This document shows, piece after piece, positions 24,601 to 39,600 of a DNA stretch of 64,000 bases. Source of the stretch: Callorhinchus milii (Eukaryota). A program made the position numbers and the translations under genes. The notes beneath the pieces were generated by a model. The model was not told the DNA's origin. It saw only the letters and a program-made list of their open reading frames with translations, and did not search any database. The DNA is taken from assembly GCF_018977255.1 (NCBI RefSeq), contig NW_024704742.1:129706001-129770000 (forward strand), in the 5' to 3' direction. Every line of letters starts with the position of its first letter. Position 1 is the first letter of the stretch.

Positions 24601-27600
24601 GATGTTCATTCCTGGGAGAGAGAAAAAAATGATAACTGATTTTTTTTAAAAAAAAGTAAATGTCATTTAAAAAAAAGTCATTTAAAAAAATGTCATTTAA
24701 AAAAATTCCTCAGGTCTTGAAGCGTCTTAATTGAACCCTTGAGATGAATTAATGATGGTACGAATTCAAGATCCTCATCCTCACCTACAAGGCCATTCAC
24801 GGCCTTGCTCCCTCCTACCTCTCCGACCTACTATCCCCCCACGTACCTGCCCATACTCTCCGTTCCTCTGGCTCCGGTCTGCTCCACATCCCCCGCCCCA
24901 ACATTGGTGGCCGGGCCTTCAGCCTCTCAGCCCCGAGGCTCTGGAACTCTATCCCCCAGTGCCTTCGCCGCCTCCTCCCTTTCCTCCTTCAAGGCCGGTC
25001 TCAAGACCTTTCTCTTTGACCGTGCCTTCAGCTCCCCTCTCGACTCTCTACCCCCTCCTCGCTCCCTCCCTTCCCTCCCCTCACCCTGACCATTTCCCCC
25101 CTGCTCGGGTCCTGACCCAACTGTACAGCGCCTTGGGACGTCCTCCCGACGTGAAAGGCGCTCTGTAAATGAAATCTTGTTGTTGTTGTACGATGTGTTA
25201 TGGCGCCAAATTGGAGAGAACAAGTTTGCTTCCCTACTTCCTGCTATCAGCTGTGCTGTAGGGGGTTGCACTACGCATAATGTTTGGGTCTTTCCCAAAG
25301 CAGAAGGCTATTTGAGGCCACTTCCTTGCAGCTGAATACACTAGCGTTGTCTGTAGGATTGAGTACAGTGTAATGTTAGACGCAAAATATTTGTACTACG
25401 CTATTCAAACTGTAGTGTAATTGTACACTGTGCTTCAAGGGTCTGGAGAGCATGTTTTGAGCTGTAAAAAGGTCAGGGTAGAGCGACTGTGCTTGAATAA
25501 TAATAATCCTTGAATTTGCTACAGTGCCTGATCATATCTTTGAGCTGTCTCAAAGAGTTTCACAGAATATACAGTGAAGCGAATTAACTGTATATTTTGT
25601 GGGCAAAATGCGGCAGCCAACTACACTCGGGATTGTCTCACAAAGAGTCATGGATTGAGTGACCAAATTTACCTCGTACCTGAAAATTAGTAAATGTAAT
25701 TTGTTATTTTTGAGATAGTCTCAAAAAGGGAAGAGAATTCTCTCTATGTCCTGGCCAATAAACCCCAGACATTGGTCATTCTCTTGATGGCTGTTTGTAG
25801 GTCACTGCTATATACAGATTGGCTACCATTTTAGTCTACAACGCAGTCACTACATGTTGAAGTAAATCCTGTTAAACTCTTTGAGACATCCATCCTCCCG
25901 CTATGAAAGGCGCATAACAAATGCAGGGATTATTACTAAAGTGTAGTCCATCACTCTTTATTACAATAAACTCCATTGCTTTCATTCCACCCAGTCCCTT
26001 AATCTGTCTGTGATCCTTTGCAGAACAAAAATTCCAGCAAAGCAGTTTTGAGGGGATTAAAGTGTTTTAAGAAGTTGAGGGGACTGAAGGTTATGGAAAG
26101 GCATTGTGGCTCCTGTGCTGTCAGAACCATGTTTGAAAGTCAATTAGTAAACGTTGTGAGAAAGTTAAGTGCCCAGGCACATAAAACACAGCTCAACATG
26201 ATCCCTTCAGGCAAAAATGTTACTGTTGAATCTTAGGAATATTGTTGGAACACTGTAGAGTGGGCAGAGGGTGGATCTCTCACAAATGTGATGCTGACAT
26301 GAGAATCAAGATACAATGTATGTTAACGCACCAAAAATAAGTGGTATATAGGGGTATGAGGAAAGAGGAGTTAAATAAAGATAATAATCCTTGCATTTGA
26401 TATAGTGCCTTGAAACATTGTTGAGACATCTCAAAGCGATCAACGGACTATATTGTAAAATGGACTATGTATTTTGTGGGTGAAACACGGCAGGCAATTA
26501 AAAAAACTAATTAAAACATTAATTTTTTTTATACTTTAAAAAAATAATAATCACAAAAAAGGGGACTGAAAGGATTGCTCTTAGTTCTATGGTAAGTTTT
26601 CCACTCCCCCGGAGAGCCTTTCGTAAAGTGCGCCAAAGAAATTTATTTTTAAAAACAGCAATAATGAAACGTGCTGCAACCAGCCATTTGCACATAAAGA
26701 TTCAAAACTGCTACTATTAAAACCACATGTGTGACCTGAACTTACTCAGTTCACAAGGGAAAACCCAACAGCCAAAAGAAAGGAATGTATTGGGAAGACT
26801 ATAAAAATGCACCACAATATGTCAGAGATCGTGGGAATCCAGAACCTCCCACCAGTGGAAACGAAAGTAAATTGTCCCAGTGTAATCATCTCAAATGCTG
26901 GATATAAAGGACTTACAGTTTGCTGTACAGTAGCCTGAAGAGCTTCCCCTTCGATTATGCCTATGGTCACCTCCTCTCTCTCGTTCTCTCTGGCTCAACT
27001 TCAACCACTGCCACTGTTAACCGCTTCGACACTCTACCCGCGTGAAGAGGGCTATACAAGTGCAGGTTATTGTTGTACAGCAATAATAATACTTGCATTT
27101 GTTATAACTCCTTATGTTGTCTCAAAGCACTCCACAATTTTCTGACTCTTTTTAGAGAAATGCCGCAGCCAATCTGCACAAAGCAATGTTCCACAAACAG
27201 CCTTCGAAACGAAATAAAAGGGCAATTTTATCTGGAATCCTTAGACATTGTCTCCCTTCTATGATTACTTGCCCTGGGTCATTTTATCAAGACCAACAAC
27301 AACAACAACTTTTATATAGCACCCTTCACGCAGGGTAGGGTCCCCGAGTGCTTACCACAATGCAACTGGATGAACTCTGGGTGAAACCAATCTTCCAAAG
27401 TTCTTTTTGTTTACTGTAATTCCTGAGACCAGTTTAATGACAATGGAAGTTAATGTGTGTACTGAAGGTTTCAACTTGTAGAATATAGGGTAGAATTTGT
27501 TAGTTTTTAACCATTTTGTGTATTAATTAAAGAATATTTGACAACTGCCAGTAGGTGGAGGTGACTTCTAGCTTTCTTTTGTTCAATGTTTTGTTTTCTG

Positions 27601-30600
27601 GGCTTGATCAGCCAATGGTGGGGGTGGGGGGGGGGGGTGAGGGGATGCAACAACGAGGTGTGGCCTAATCACCGTGTACTAGTTGTAGTTAACTTAGAGA
27701 AACGAGTTACGCTCATACCTGAAAATATGTGCTTCCTCTGTAATGTGGAATCCCTTTTGGGGAGAGTAAATGTCCTCAGAGACGATCTAAGCGCTCCGAG
27801 CTGCTACCCGTGTGAAGGGTGGATGCTACATAAATGCAAGTTATTGTCGTTTTTGTTGTAAATGATGGATTGTCTATTTAGAATATTAATGGAATTCATC
27901 TTTGTTTATTACACGGGTTTACAACCTGTCCAAACTCTCTGCTTTTTTGGATTATTCTTTTTATCCTGGAATGATTTCCCTGTAACTGCTTCCTCCCATG
28001 CAACAAAAGCTACCACCACCACCAACAACAACAACATGCATTTATTTATGTATCACCCGCTCTTCTTGTAGGAAAGAATGTACCGATAGATCAAACATGT
28101 TTTTTTCATGCGAGTTGAACTATCACCCTGTCATGCCAAAAGCCATTCAGCAACATAAAACAATCTATCCAAATATTATCAGGGACTCTGATCTTTTGTG
28201 GACTTTGTGGCAGGCTCACAACAATTGAGAAAGGATAATGACTAAGCGAAACAGCAACTCTGTTGTGCAATCATGTCCTGCAAAGCATGGAATGAAAACT
28301 CACTATGTACCCCTTTCCTTCCATACAGCAGATCTACCATCGGGTCTCTATCCCATCCCATCTCCTGTCGATAAGGTCTACATCATAATAACTCCCTCCC
28401 CAATTCAAAGATAATCAAGCAAACTTATACAAATAAGTAATAATAATACTTGCATTGGATTTAGCACCCTGTCACATCATCAAAACGTCTAAAATGCACT
28501 TACAGGATCTACCGTCAAGTGTAGTAACTGTATTTTGTTGGCAAACACGGCAACCAATGTGCGCACAGCAATGTCCCACAAATAGCCCTGAAGTGTCTGA
28601 CCGATTTTTATTATAATAATCCTTGCATTTGATAAAGTGCCTTAACACATCTTTGAGATACCTCAAAGCGCCTCACAGTATACACTGTAAAGTTTTGTGG
28701 GCAAATTGGGGGACTGTTGGTCAGGACATTAGGAGAAATTTCCATCTCTTTTTGAATAGTACCATGGGATCTTTACTGGGAATCTGGCACTTTTGACAAT
28801 GTAGCGTTCCCCAGCATCATAGATTCTTGAGCTCAAAGGCCTAACATGGGTCATGGGTTTGAACCCACAAGCTTCTGACTCACAAGCAAGAGTGCAACAG
28901 CCAGGCTGACACAAAATTGTGGTTTAGTTACTCTGCAATCTGGATGTCCTCTTAAAAATACAAGTTGGTGTTAGCAGTGCACAGCAGGAAAAATTGACAA
29001 GTTCCATTTGCAATGTAGAAGAATTCACCTAAAGGTCACCACACTAATGTGGTCAACATTCCTCAGTCTGTCTGTTGAACCCAACAGCGAGTTTCCACTG
29101 ATGTGAGGCACGAGTCGATACTGACAGGGTAAAAGAATTCACGGTCATGGGGCTTCATTTTACACTCAGCGTGATGTAAATTTAGTTTGGAAGCAGATAC
29201 TTGTATCCAGTCACTGTTTGCTACAAGAAAATACAGTCGCCCACAAAATACACATTCAATCCACTTTACAATATAGTCCGTGAAGCACTTTGAAATGTCA
29301 CAAATACGTGACCAGGTGCTGTATCAAATGCAAAGATTATTCTTTATTCTTCTTATAAAAAGTGTTTAGAGCACAGTGGGGGTGGGTGGAGGGAGGAAGC
29401 GGGGTGGGGGGGTGGAGAAGAATAGGTGAGTGAAGCATTGTCATGCAATGACTCTGGTGGGTGGGGAGAAATTGGCGAGAGGAAATCGTTGCAAAGCTTT
29501 GAATCAACTCTACATTTTGACTGCAAAAAATGTAGTGTGCAGTATAAACAGTCTTCAGATTTATTGCCTTTGTTTAGCCATTAGGAAGCCTTTCTTCGAT
29601 CTACCATCCTGATCAGTTTGGTGAATCTGTCCTAATGACATGGTTGTAAATAAAAATAATCTTTGTAATTGATATATAGCACCGTTCACAATAGGAGGAC
29701 ATCTCCAAGTACTTCACAGCATATGCTGATAAATGTAGAGTGAATAATCAATTTACCAGGAGTTTTTTTGTAACCTTCTCTCCCGCTCCCCTGCTGTCTC
29801 TCACCATGTCTGAAACTGTGTGGGATATATAAAATCCACAATAGCTACACCTTACAGTAAAAATCCTGTAAAATGACACATCACTGACACGATAAGGCGC
29901 TATGTAAAATTTGAGGATTATTAGGCAGTAAAGTGAACAGGATATTGGACAACAATCAACTGAGTTTGCATTGCCAGGTCTCATGCTCAAGCTGTTCAAT
30001 GCTCTGATAAGGCCGCACCTAGTCACTTGGGACATATGTAAGTTACCCAGTCCCTAGAAGCAGTGTAGAGGAGAGAAATGAGGGTGGACGTAGGGTTGGA
30101 GGGACGACCTATGAGAAGCCATTAAATAAACCATGGCATTTAGATGTCTCAGATTCAAGGTGATTAGTTGGTTAGGGAGCATAATCCTAAATCAATACTT
30201 CAGACGGCAGGGTAAAAGGTCGCAGGCTCAAGTATATGAAAGGCAAATTGGAGTCAGAGTGCAGGGGAGATGTAGTTTCAAAATCAAAGTGTTAGCTGGA
30301 CAATTCTGTGTATATAATGGGGGCGGTGGGGGGAAGGGAGTTCCTTGAAAAATTGAGTCTCAAAAACTGCATGAGTTATATGATCTGTCACATGATTCAT
30401 GAACCACAATTTCTTTGCTGCTATCTGCAGTAGAACTACATTTGCCATGTGATCTGAACAATCAAGCGACTGTGGTAGGCAATGTGTGTGCACGTATGCA
30501 TGAGCGTGCACTGTTCCAAGCTGATAATAAACCTCTTACCTTTTCCTTCTGCTGTCTCTCCCCCCACCCACACACACACACACACAGATTTCAGAGATTG

Positions 30601-33600
30601 GTACAGTCACACAAAAGCAAGACACTGTGTGAAATGAATGCAATGATGCACTTGATGTTAATTTTATTTGCTGTGGTTGTAAACAGAACACTTTGTCAAA
30701 CAGGCTTGTGAAGTATAACTACCTACGCCTTGCAGAAGTGGCTCAACCAGTCAAGTGACTTATAACTGTTCCTTCATTTATTTGCGTTGAAGTGGGAACC
30801 AGTCTCCCTCACTTTCCTTGTAAAAACACAGGCTCTTGCAATGCAAGCAGAGGACTGCTTTGTTTTGGTCAGCCGAGTGTCTGACATATGTGGAAAGCCA
30901 CCACCATGCTTAAGAGTATCCAAACTAAACAGAGTTCCATGCTTCCCACCTACACATTGAAATCCCAGATACATGTGTTGGAATGGATTGCACACTCTCT
31001 CCTGCTTACCTAATTCGGGAAAGTATTAGGCGCAGGTTGGCAAGAGCCCAGGCTTGGGAATCCCAGATTGTGCATTAGAGTATTGCTGGATTCTAGCAGC
31101 TAAAACTGCATAGTTTGCCATTAAGCGCGCTGCCCGGCAAGCTTTCCCGCTGATTGTCCAGCTAGGGCCACCATACCCTTTAGGGTTTTGGCTTGCAGGG
31201 TTAGTGGGAGCTAAGTGGGATGATTCCCTGCCCCAGTCATTGATGTTCTCCAATTCCATCATGGTACATAAACCGACTCCATATATTGCTTAACATTGTG
31301 CAAGGTGGCTTGAGGTACAGCCTGTTTAAATCACCAACAATCCCCAAAGCTTTGTCTGGCAGCAGAACGCACTGAAATCCCCCACTCAGACTAATCTTTG
31401 AGAGTCACTGTACTGGATACAAATGGTTATAAACAAAGTCCCACAATATCCTGAAATAGATTGATATTTTGAAAATAATTGGTTACAAAAATCATAGAGC
31501 TTGGCTTTTACAATTGATAGAAAGCCACAAAATTAAAGCCATCTTTCTCTGTCCAATGCCAATACTTGGGTGAATAACACCTTTCCAAATTATTTCTCTT
31601 TCTTAGTTCTTCACCAAATATAATTCCCTTCATATCACTGTATGTCAAATCTACAATAGCTCTCTCCCCAATCGTCCATTGGCTCACTATTCCCCAGGGG
31701 ATCAAAGTTAAGATCCTAGTTCCTATCTCCAATGTCTTGCCAGCACTCTATCTCTGCAATCTTACTCCCCGGCTGCTCTCTCCACTCATCAACCTGTTTC
31801 ACGTCCAATGCCCAAACAAATGGTGGAGATGCTTTTGTCCATATTCTCTGGAATTCTCTCCCCAAATTATTCAGTCTCTCTTGCTCCTTCATCACTTTCA
31901 AAATCTCTCTGTTTGACTGCACCCTTCAGACCACTTCCTGCCTACCCATTGCTGGAAAGCATTTTGCGACGGTATCCTATGTGGGAAAAAAACTACGTAA
32001 TTACAACTTGGTAATCAACAACTCGAGTAATTACAAGGAAGAGTGGTTGAGACCACAACACTGAATTTTTTTTGGAAAAAAACAGTTGGATACTATGATG
32101 GGAAAATGTCAGCATTTGCACAGATGAAACCAAATGGGTTGAAGGGCTTTCTTCATCTGAACCAATTTTGTGAAGAGATTTCCATTTGTTTGACTGATTA
32201 TTATTTATTTACATTGTGTCTTTAATACAGTTTTCGGCAAACGCAGAACTTCTATTTTGAAAAATATTCCCACCTTCAAAACCGCAAGGCAGAAACCAGG
32301 AAGGCCACTTGAAGGTTGGAGACTTAATTTTAAAGACAAGACAGGTAAGAATGGGTAGAGAAAAAAAATCAAACTAAAAATTTTAAATAAAACGAAAGTA
32401 GAGTGACAGCAGCGTGAATTAGTGATTTTTTAAAAAAATATTAAGTTTAGAAGTTCCTCCATGGATTACATTATAAAGTAAATTGTGACATTTGAGTGGC
32501 TTTTAGTGCGGTAACACTATCGTGGGTTTTTAGCCTTAAGCTGTATGAGACAACATGTTAATTAGGTAGAATCTAGAGAGTTGATCGCTTGGATGTGGTT
32601 TCCCTTGTGGCAATCTTTAAAACTGGAAGTACCAAAATGGTGAAAAATGGAAGTTTTTGCATTGTTTTTAAAGAAATTATGGAAAACTGCCCTTTAACTT
32701 CTGGCTCCCTTTTAGAACAAAACCCAGATTAGTTTGAAAATAAAGTCGGTTCCTTTTAGTGAAGATAGTCTCCAAGATAGAAAATTCAAGGGCAACCAGC
32801 AACAGGTGCCATTACAATCATCTCCACCACTTCCTTCTGCTTCCTGAGTTTCTGTTTCCTGTTAGTAAATCAACTTCTCCTCTCAAGTCCAGGTCCCCTG
32901 ATGTTCAGTCCTTTTTTTGTATTTACATTTTCAACTTTTTTTTTAAAATTTGCAAGGCACGGATGAGCTTCAATTTCCTGCAGCTCAACAAGACGAATGC
33001 TAACAGCCAATGTCTCCTTACTTTTGGCTCTTGACCTCCTCAATCTCCCTGGTTTCTCTCTCTCTAACTCACCAAACAAATGCGCAACCTTGGCATTTGG
33101 TTTGATTCTCAACTCACTTTCCTGCCTCACATTCGGTTGTTGACCAAGATTACTCTTCTTCCTCCTCGCAACATCCACCTCAGTCCCCACCTCACACGAA
33201 ACACTGCAGATATCCTCGTTCATTCCTTTGCTACCTCCCAACTCTACCGTTCTATCAGGGCGTACTGCTCACCAGTCTCCCTAGCTCCATAATCCACAAA
33301 CTCCTGTTCATAAAACACCAGACACTCATATTGTGGTTACTGCTGCAGTTTAACCAGCTAAAACCATACATAGGACCATTGAGAGCACTGTCTGGCAAGC
33401 TTCACAGCTAGGACTGCTATACCCATTAGGTTTTTGGCTTGCAACGTTACCGGGAGCCGAGTGGAAAGAACTCCTGCATCTAGTCTTCCCCTCCAAGTCC
33501 TGCTGACTAGCCAGGCTCCTTGGAACCAATTCAGCTCAGCTGCAAGGAGTCACGGCTTCCTAACCACCCATCTAACTCAAACAGGCAACAACATTATAAT

Positions 33601-36600
33601 CTTTTTCTTATAATATTATTCAGAACCTGAGCAGAAGGACAGAATTTTTAAGATTTAGTTCACTCGAGTTTCAACGGTGAACATCTAATGAATAAATGGA
33701 ATATTCATTGCTTCATTAGTAGCCTCTCATATGAGAAGACCTACTCAGCTATTAATAATCTCATAATACGTCAGAGAATGTCTAATCCCACTGCACCGCT
33801 CAAACAGTTATATTGATAGCATCCAGATTTTAAGGTATGAACAAATTCACTGTTCGAGTTCAGTTAATGTACACTACAAGAGGAATTAATGCTTGCACAC
33901 ATGTACGAGCACACACACCGAAAACCGACATAATAATGCAGCCAGTATGAAGACAATGGCCATTCAGAGCTCCCAGGTCATCAAGTTGCAAACGCACAGG
34001 AATCTGGCAAAAAGCCCTCATAAACACATCCGGTGGTTGTTGGGACACCGAGAATCTAGATGCTGAGAATCTTCCTGCATCCCTCCTGATCCCAACCACC
34101 AGCTTAGTGTAGATCCCTGACTGTCCAGTGCCATGGGGGCAAGCAATCGACCAATCAACTAGCAACTGGGGTCTAACTTACTGCTCGGTAAACAGAGGCA
34201 TGTAAGGTAAGGAAATGGTCCTAAGGAACCAGGCTTCTCTCATTTCCGAGGCAAGTACGTTAACTACTATTCTACTACATATTTGCATTTTGTAGGCAAA
34301 TGCAGCAGCCAACCAATCTACACACAGCAATGTCGCACAAACAGCCACAAAGTGAATGATCAATTTTTCCTGGGAAATTGTTGCCAAGAACAATCTCTTC
34401 CCTTTTCAAATAGGGTAACAGGATCTTCAATAGACAATTGGGACCTTGGTTTAAGCGACTCATCTGAAGGACTGACATTAAAGGCCAAAATGCTTGGATC
34501 CTTCACATTTGCACCATAGCCTGCATGCTGGAAGCCAGAACTTCTCATGGATTAAAATTAACCCTTAAAATGATTAAAGTGCAACAATTTTCAAACATTC
34601 TGCACAAACAAGTTTTAAGATGCTATAAAATCCACGCGACATTGCTATCCGCTGATGAGTGGGAGATGTCACTGCACCAATATTGCTACAATTGCGATAA
34701 GATTCACAATGCTGAAATCCAGAAGAAAGTGCTCTGAAATATCACCCGGGAATTACTTGAATGATGGTTCCCAGGGTTACCCTTTGCCTCAGGATATTAT
34801 ACTCCTCTTCCCTTTGTGCTGCAGTGGGTCAGTGAGTGTATGGTCTGAAGAAACGCCCACAAATATACGGTCAATTCACTATACAGTCTATTCTGTGAAG
34901 CGCTTTGAGACGTCGATCAGACGTGAAAAGCGTTATATCAAATGCAAGGATTATTATTATATTATTATATAAACATGAAAGGTGAAAACTTTTTTTATAT
35001 TAAACAAAAGCAAGTTACAAGTTACTCTGGCAGAACATTTTCGAGAGTAACTCTTCAAATATTTATTTCCCCTCTAGGAGAAAAAAAAGTATTCACTGCT
35101 GCCAATATCATTGCAGGGAAGCTAAATAAATATTAGGAGATGGATTTGTGAGCTCAGCACGCTAAAGCTCACAGTTTTTTTTAACTAGTTATCACACCTT
35201 CGGATTCAGTAATTCTTCCCAGATTGAACCTAATGATGTCATCACTAATGACTTCCTAAACCAAGCAAACTGAATCAAGACGACTCAAATTAATGATCTT
35301 TTTAAACCGTTAATCGCACACTGTTTGCAAGAGTCTGTTGGCCCCAAGGATGTAATGCGAAATCATTTTGGACAGTCTCAACTCACTTCCAAGCAGACCC
35401 AGGCACAATATTGCCCTCAATTAAAAATAAAATTGAGAATTCATGGCTGTTTGTGAGTCATTGCTTTATACAAGTTGTCTGTCATGTTTGCCTACAAAAT
35501 AGTGTCACTGCATTTTACAGTAAAATTTTGTAAAGCTCTTTAAGACATCTTGATAATCTGATAAAGCACTAGATCAATGCAAAGATTTTTTATTTTGTGA
35601 AAGTTGCTACATAAATAGTTGTTGTTGCGAGCAGTGAAATTCAGTCAAATTGTGAATGGCTTTAGTTGCGAGAAAGTTGTTGCAAGGCTATTTTTGTCAA
35701 GGTCTTTTAGTTCCCTGAAACCCACAGTGGTTATGAGCTACGACAGTACTTCACGAGTGAAAGAACATGTTAATTAAGATAATATAGTTCAGTACAATCT
35801 TCCATTCATTCAAAGAACATTTTTACATTAATTTGAACTGGATCAATAATGTTGTATGCAACCATGTTACACAGTGACTTAAAGCAATACAAGCGATTCG
35901 CTATTTGAAGAAAGTGCCTGCAAAACTTTTACACACAGAAAATGTCTCTATTGCATCTCAAATTAGACAGCAAAGAGTTCTGCCTTCACCCACACTTCAT
36001 CCACCCCTTTCGCTCAGCTGGCTCCAGCTTCCTGCACAACCTTTGTCCCTTCTGCTCCACTATAGGTAGCTACCACGCCCTGAAACTTTGGAACTCTCTA
36101 CCTCAATAACTCCACCTTGTCCCCTCCTTGCCAGTCATCGTGTCTGAGTCCTTCATCTTCTACCATGCCTAAAGTCGCCTCCCCCCTCTCCCTGGCTCGG
36201 TGTCAAGCTCTGCCACTATTAAGAGCTCTGAGATACTACCATGTTTAAATGTAAGTAATTACTCTACTCTAGCAAAACTTTATCCAAAAGGGATGAAAGG
36301 AAGAGCCCAGGTCACCAGGGAAATGAGTGCTCACAAGTGGAAAAGCTTCTTTGAAGCAACAGGAAAGAGACAGAGGGCCACTGTTATCAAATCAAAAAGA
36401 AAACTGGGTGGAAATAATACAATTCATTCTTTGTTTTGGAGTTTAAAAACTTGCCCACAAGTTGCTGGCTCACTCCATTTCCAGGCTGAGCCCAGAAGTC
36501 TGGAAAACAGCAAACTCTGCCAATTTACAGGGAAAATATGCAAACTTTTAGTATCAGACTATCAACACTGATGTCAGTGCAACGATAGTTCAGTTTAAAG

Positions 36601-39600
36601 ACTCGAGAGGAAAACTCCATGTAATATCCACGGAAATCCCAGACTTTATATGTTCAATAAAAATATCATACTTTTGTTCCAGCCAAAAATGTAACTTAAT
36701 TTAAGTTTTAACTTGGATTAGAACGTGGAACTACAAATAATACAACGAACTCCTGCTTAACTCAGTGGTAGCCCAATTTTATTTGGGGAATTATTGAACA
36801 GGACACCGGGGGAATCTTGTTTCTCTTTTTGAATAACGCCATGTTAGTGAAAGTGACTTGCTCTGTCAAAGAGCCGGCACAGACTCGATGGGCCGAATGG
36901 CCTCCTTCTGTGCCGTAACATTCTATGAATCTTTAATATCCAGCTGAACAGGAACAGATATTTGGTTTAACATCGCATCCAAAGGATGGCACCTCTGACA
37001 AGGCATTATACCCCCAGGACTGCATTGGAGTGTCATTTTAGACTTATGATGTCAAGTTCCAATGTGGGGACAATTTTCTGACAGACGAACGTGCATCTTA
37101 TTGAATCAGGTTAACGCACAAATAACTGTTGAAGCAGAGTCCATAAGAGCACTAAAGAGGAAAAGGGCTGGATACTTGAGGAAAACTGATGTTAAAAGTT
37201 ACAGAGAATGAGCATCGGAATGGGATTAAAGTAGATAAATCCACTGGAGAAACAAGCATCACCATAGATACTCCGAGACACTGCCTGAGTGAAACGCACT
37301 ACATAAATGCAAGTTGTTGTAGTATCAACAACAATAAAGTCAATATACATAAAAGGAATGAAGTAGACATTTTCAAAAGACAGTTGATGAGGAGACATGT
37401 AAGAAATTAACAAAAAATTATGCATACGAGGCTGGGGGGCAGTGTGTGGGGGAAAAAGAGAGGAGGAAAAAGAGATAAATTCCACGTAGGTCCAGATTTG
37501 TTCTTTTTATGTGACATTTTAAGAATGTCCAAAAGGATAAACCTGGGAACTACAGGTCAGTCAGCCTAACGTCAGTAGTGGGGAAACTTCTAGAGACTAC
37601 AATCTGGGACAAAATAAATATTCAATTAGAAAGATATGGGTTAATAAAGGACAGCCAACATGGATTTGTTAAAGGCAAATCATATCTAACAAACCTGATA
37701 GAGTTTTTTGATGAAGTAACAGAGAGAGTGGATGAAGGTAGTGCAGTTGATGTCATTTATATGGATTTTCAAAAAGCCGTTTGATAAAGTGCCACTTAAG
37801 AGACTTGTAAGCAAAATAGAAATCCACAGCATTAAGAGGACAGTGGCAGCACGGATACAGAACTGGTTGGGAGACAGAAAGCAGTGAGGTGATGACCGGT
37901 TGTTTTTCTGACTGGAGGGAAGTGTGCAGTGGTGTCCCCCAGGGGTCAGTACTAGAACCACTTCTGTTTTTTGATCTCTATATATGAACTGGACTTGGGT
38001 ACAGGGAGTACAATTTCCAAGTTTGCAGATGATACTAAGCTAGGAAGTAGTAAACAATGAGGAGGATAGTAGTAGACTGCAAATGGACAGACTGGTAATA
38101 TGGGCGGACAGGTGGCAGATGAAGTTTACTGTGGAGAAATGCAAAGTGATGCATTTTGGGAGGAAGAATGAGGAGAGGCCATATAAGCTGATGGTACAAT
38201 CTTAAAGGGGGTGAAGGAGAGACCTGGGGGTTCATATAAGTACATTTTTGAAGGTGTCAGGACAGGTAGATAAAGCTGTTAAAAAAAAACATACGAGATA
38301 CTAGGCTTTATAAATGGGGGCATAGAATACAAAAGTCAGGAAGTTATGATGAACCTTTATACAACATTATTTAGGCCTCAGCGAGAGACCGTGTTCAAAT
38401 CTGGGCACCACACTTTAGGAAGGATGTCAAGGCATTGGAGTTGGTGCAAAGGAGATTTACCAGGATGGTATCAAGAATGAGGGACTTCAGTTATCAGGAG
38501 AGACTAGAAAAGCTAGGATTATTCTCCTTGGAGCAGAGAAGGTTAAGAGGAGATTTAATAGAAGTTTTCAAAATTATGAGGGGATTCAATAGGGTGAACA
38601 AGGAGAAACTATTTCCACTGGCGAGTGGGTCGGTAACCCGAGGACATAGACTTAAAATAGTTGTTAAAAGAAACAGAGGGGAGGTGAGGAGAAATGTTTT
38701 CACACAGCGAGTTGTTTGGATCTGGAATGCATTGCCTGAAAGGGTGGTGGAAGCCGATTTGATTGCAACTTTTATGAGAGAAGTAGATAATTATTTGGGG
38801 AGGACACATTTGCAGGGCTATGAGGAGAGAGCATAGTAGTGGGATTGAATTGGATAGCTCTTTTCAAAGAGTTGTCACAGACACGATGGGCCGAATGGCT
38901 TCCTTCTGTGCTATACAATTCTATGAATTTAGCAAATTCTTAAATACAGCTTCAAGTTTCAAGTAGTTGTTCAGTAATTTATTTTATTATTCTGTAATTT
39001 CTGTATTATGTTTAAATATGAGCCAGCAATCAGAAAGTGGATCTTGGCTAAACTTTCTCACAACAGCGTATGGATAGGGGAGTATTGGACAGATAACCTA
39101 ACTCACGTAGATAGTAATTTAAGCGGAATCAATGAGGAACTAAAATACGTCTCTATACAGCAATCTTACCTCGTCCCCTTCCCCCTCAAAGGGAAAGTGA
39201 ACCAAGAAATGCTCAGCCACAAAGGCGGCTTAAACGTTGCCGTTTTCTGCACAGAGTCCAAAAATATCACCTTGTGAAGCTCTTATTATCTCAATTAAGA
39301 TCGGATCGGCTCGGCTACGCCAATAGGTCTTTTATTGAAAAATGTCATTACTGCATTTGCGTCCTTTACAACACTGAACTAGTGCATAGTCCTGACAAAT
39401 AATCAAAACTAAGAACAATGCAAAGGTAGCAAATGAGCGTGAGTTCATCAACACTGATGATGTCAATGGTGTATCAATAGATTTCTATGAGGTCAAAGAT
39501 ACAATTCCAGTAGCTCATGTTGCAAATATAATACGGTGTAAATGTGATACATTTCACAGGTATGAGGTCGGTCTGTGATCTACAGATATGACAAAATAAT

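Noticed and set aside
24021..24630. Extra myosin exon in the 17-kb intron 4 (acceptor at ~24612)
   Set aside because: Phase-0 entry reads GAA TGA immediately, and exons 4 and 5 already join seamlessly (VLQ|VNP).
37578..38836. Functional or domesticated reverse transcriptase
   Set aside because: 5'-truncated CR1 with several frameshifts and stops.
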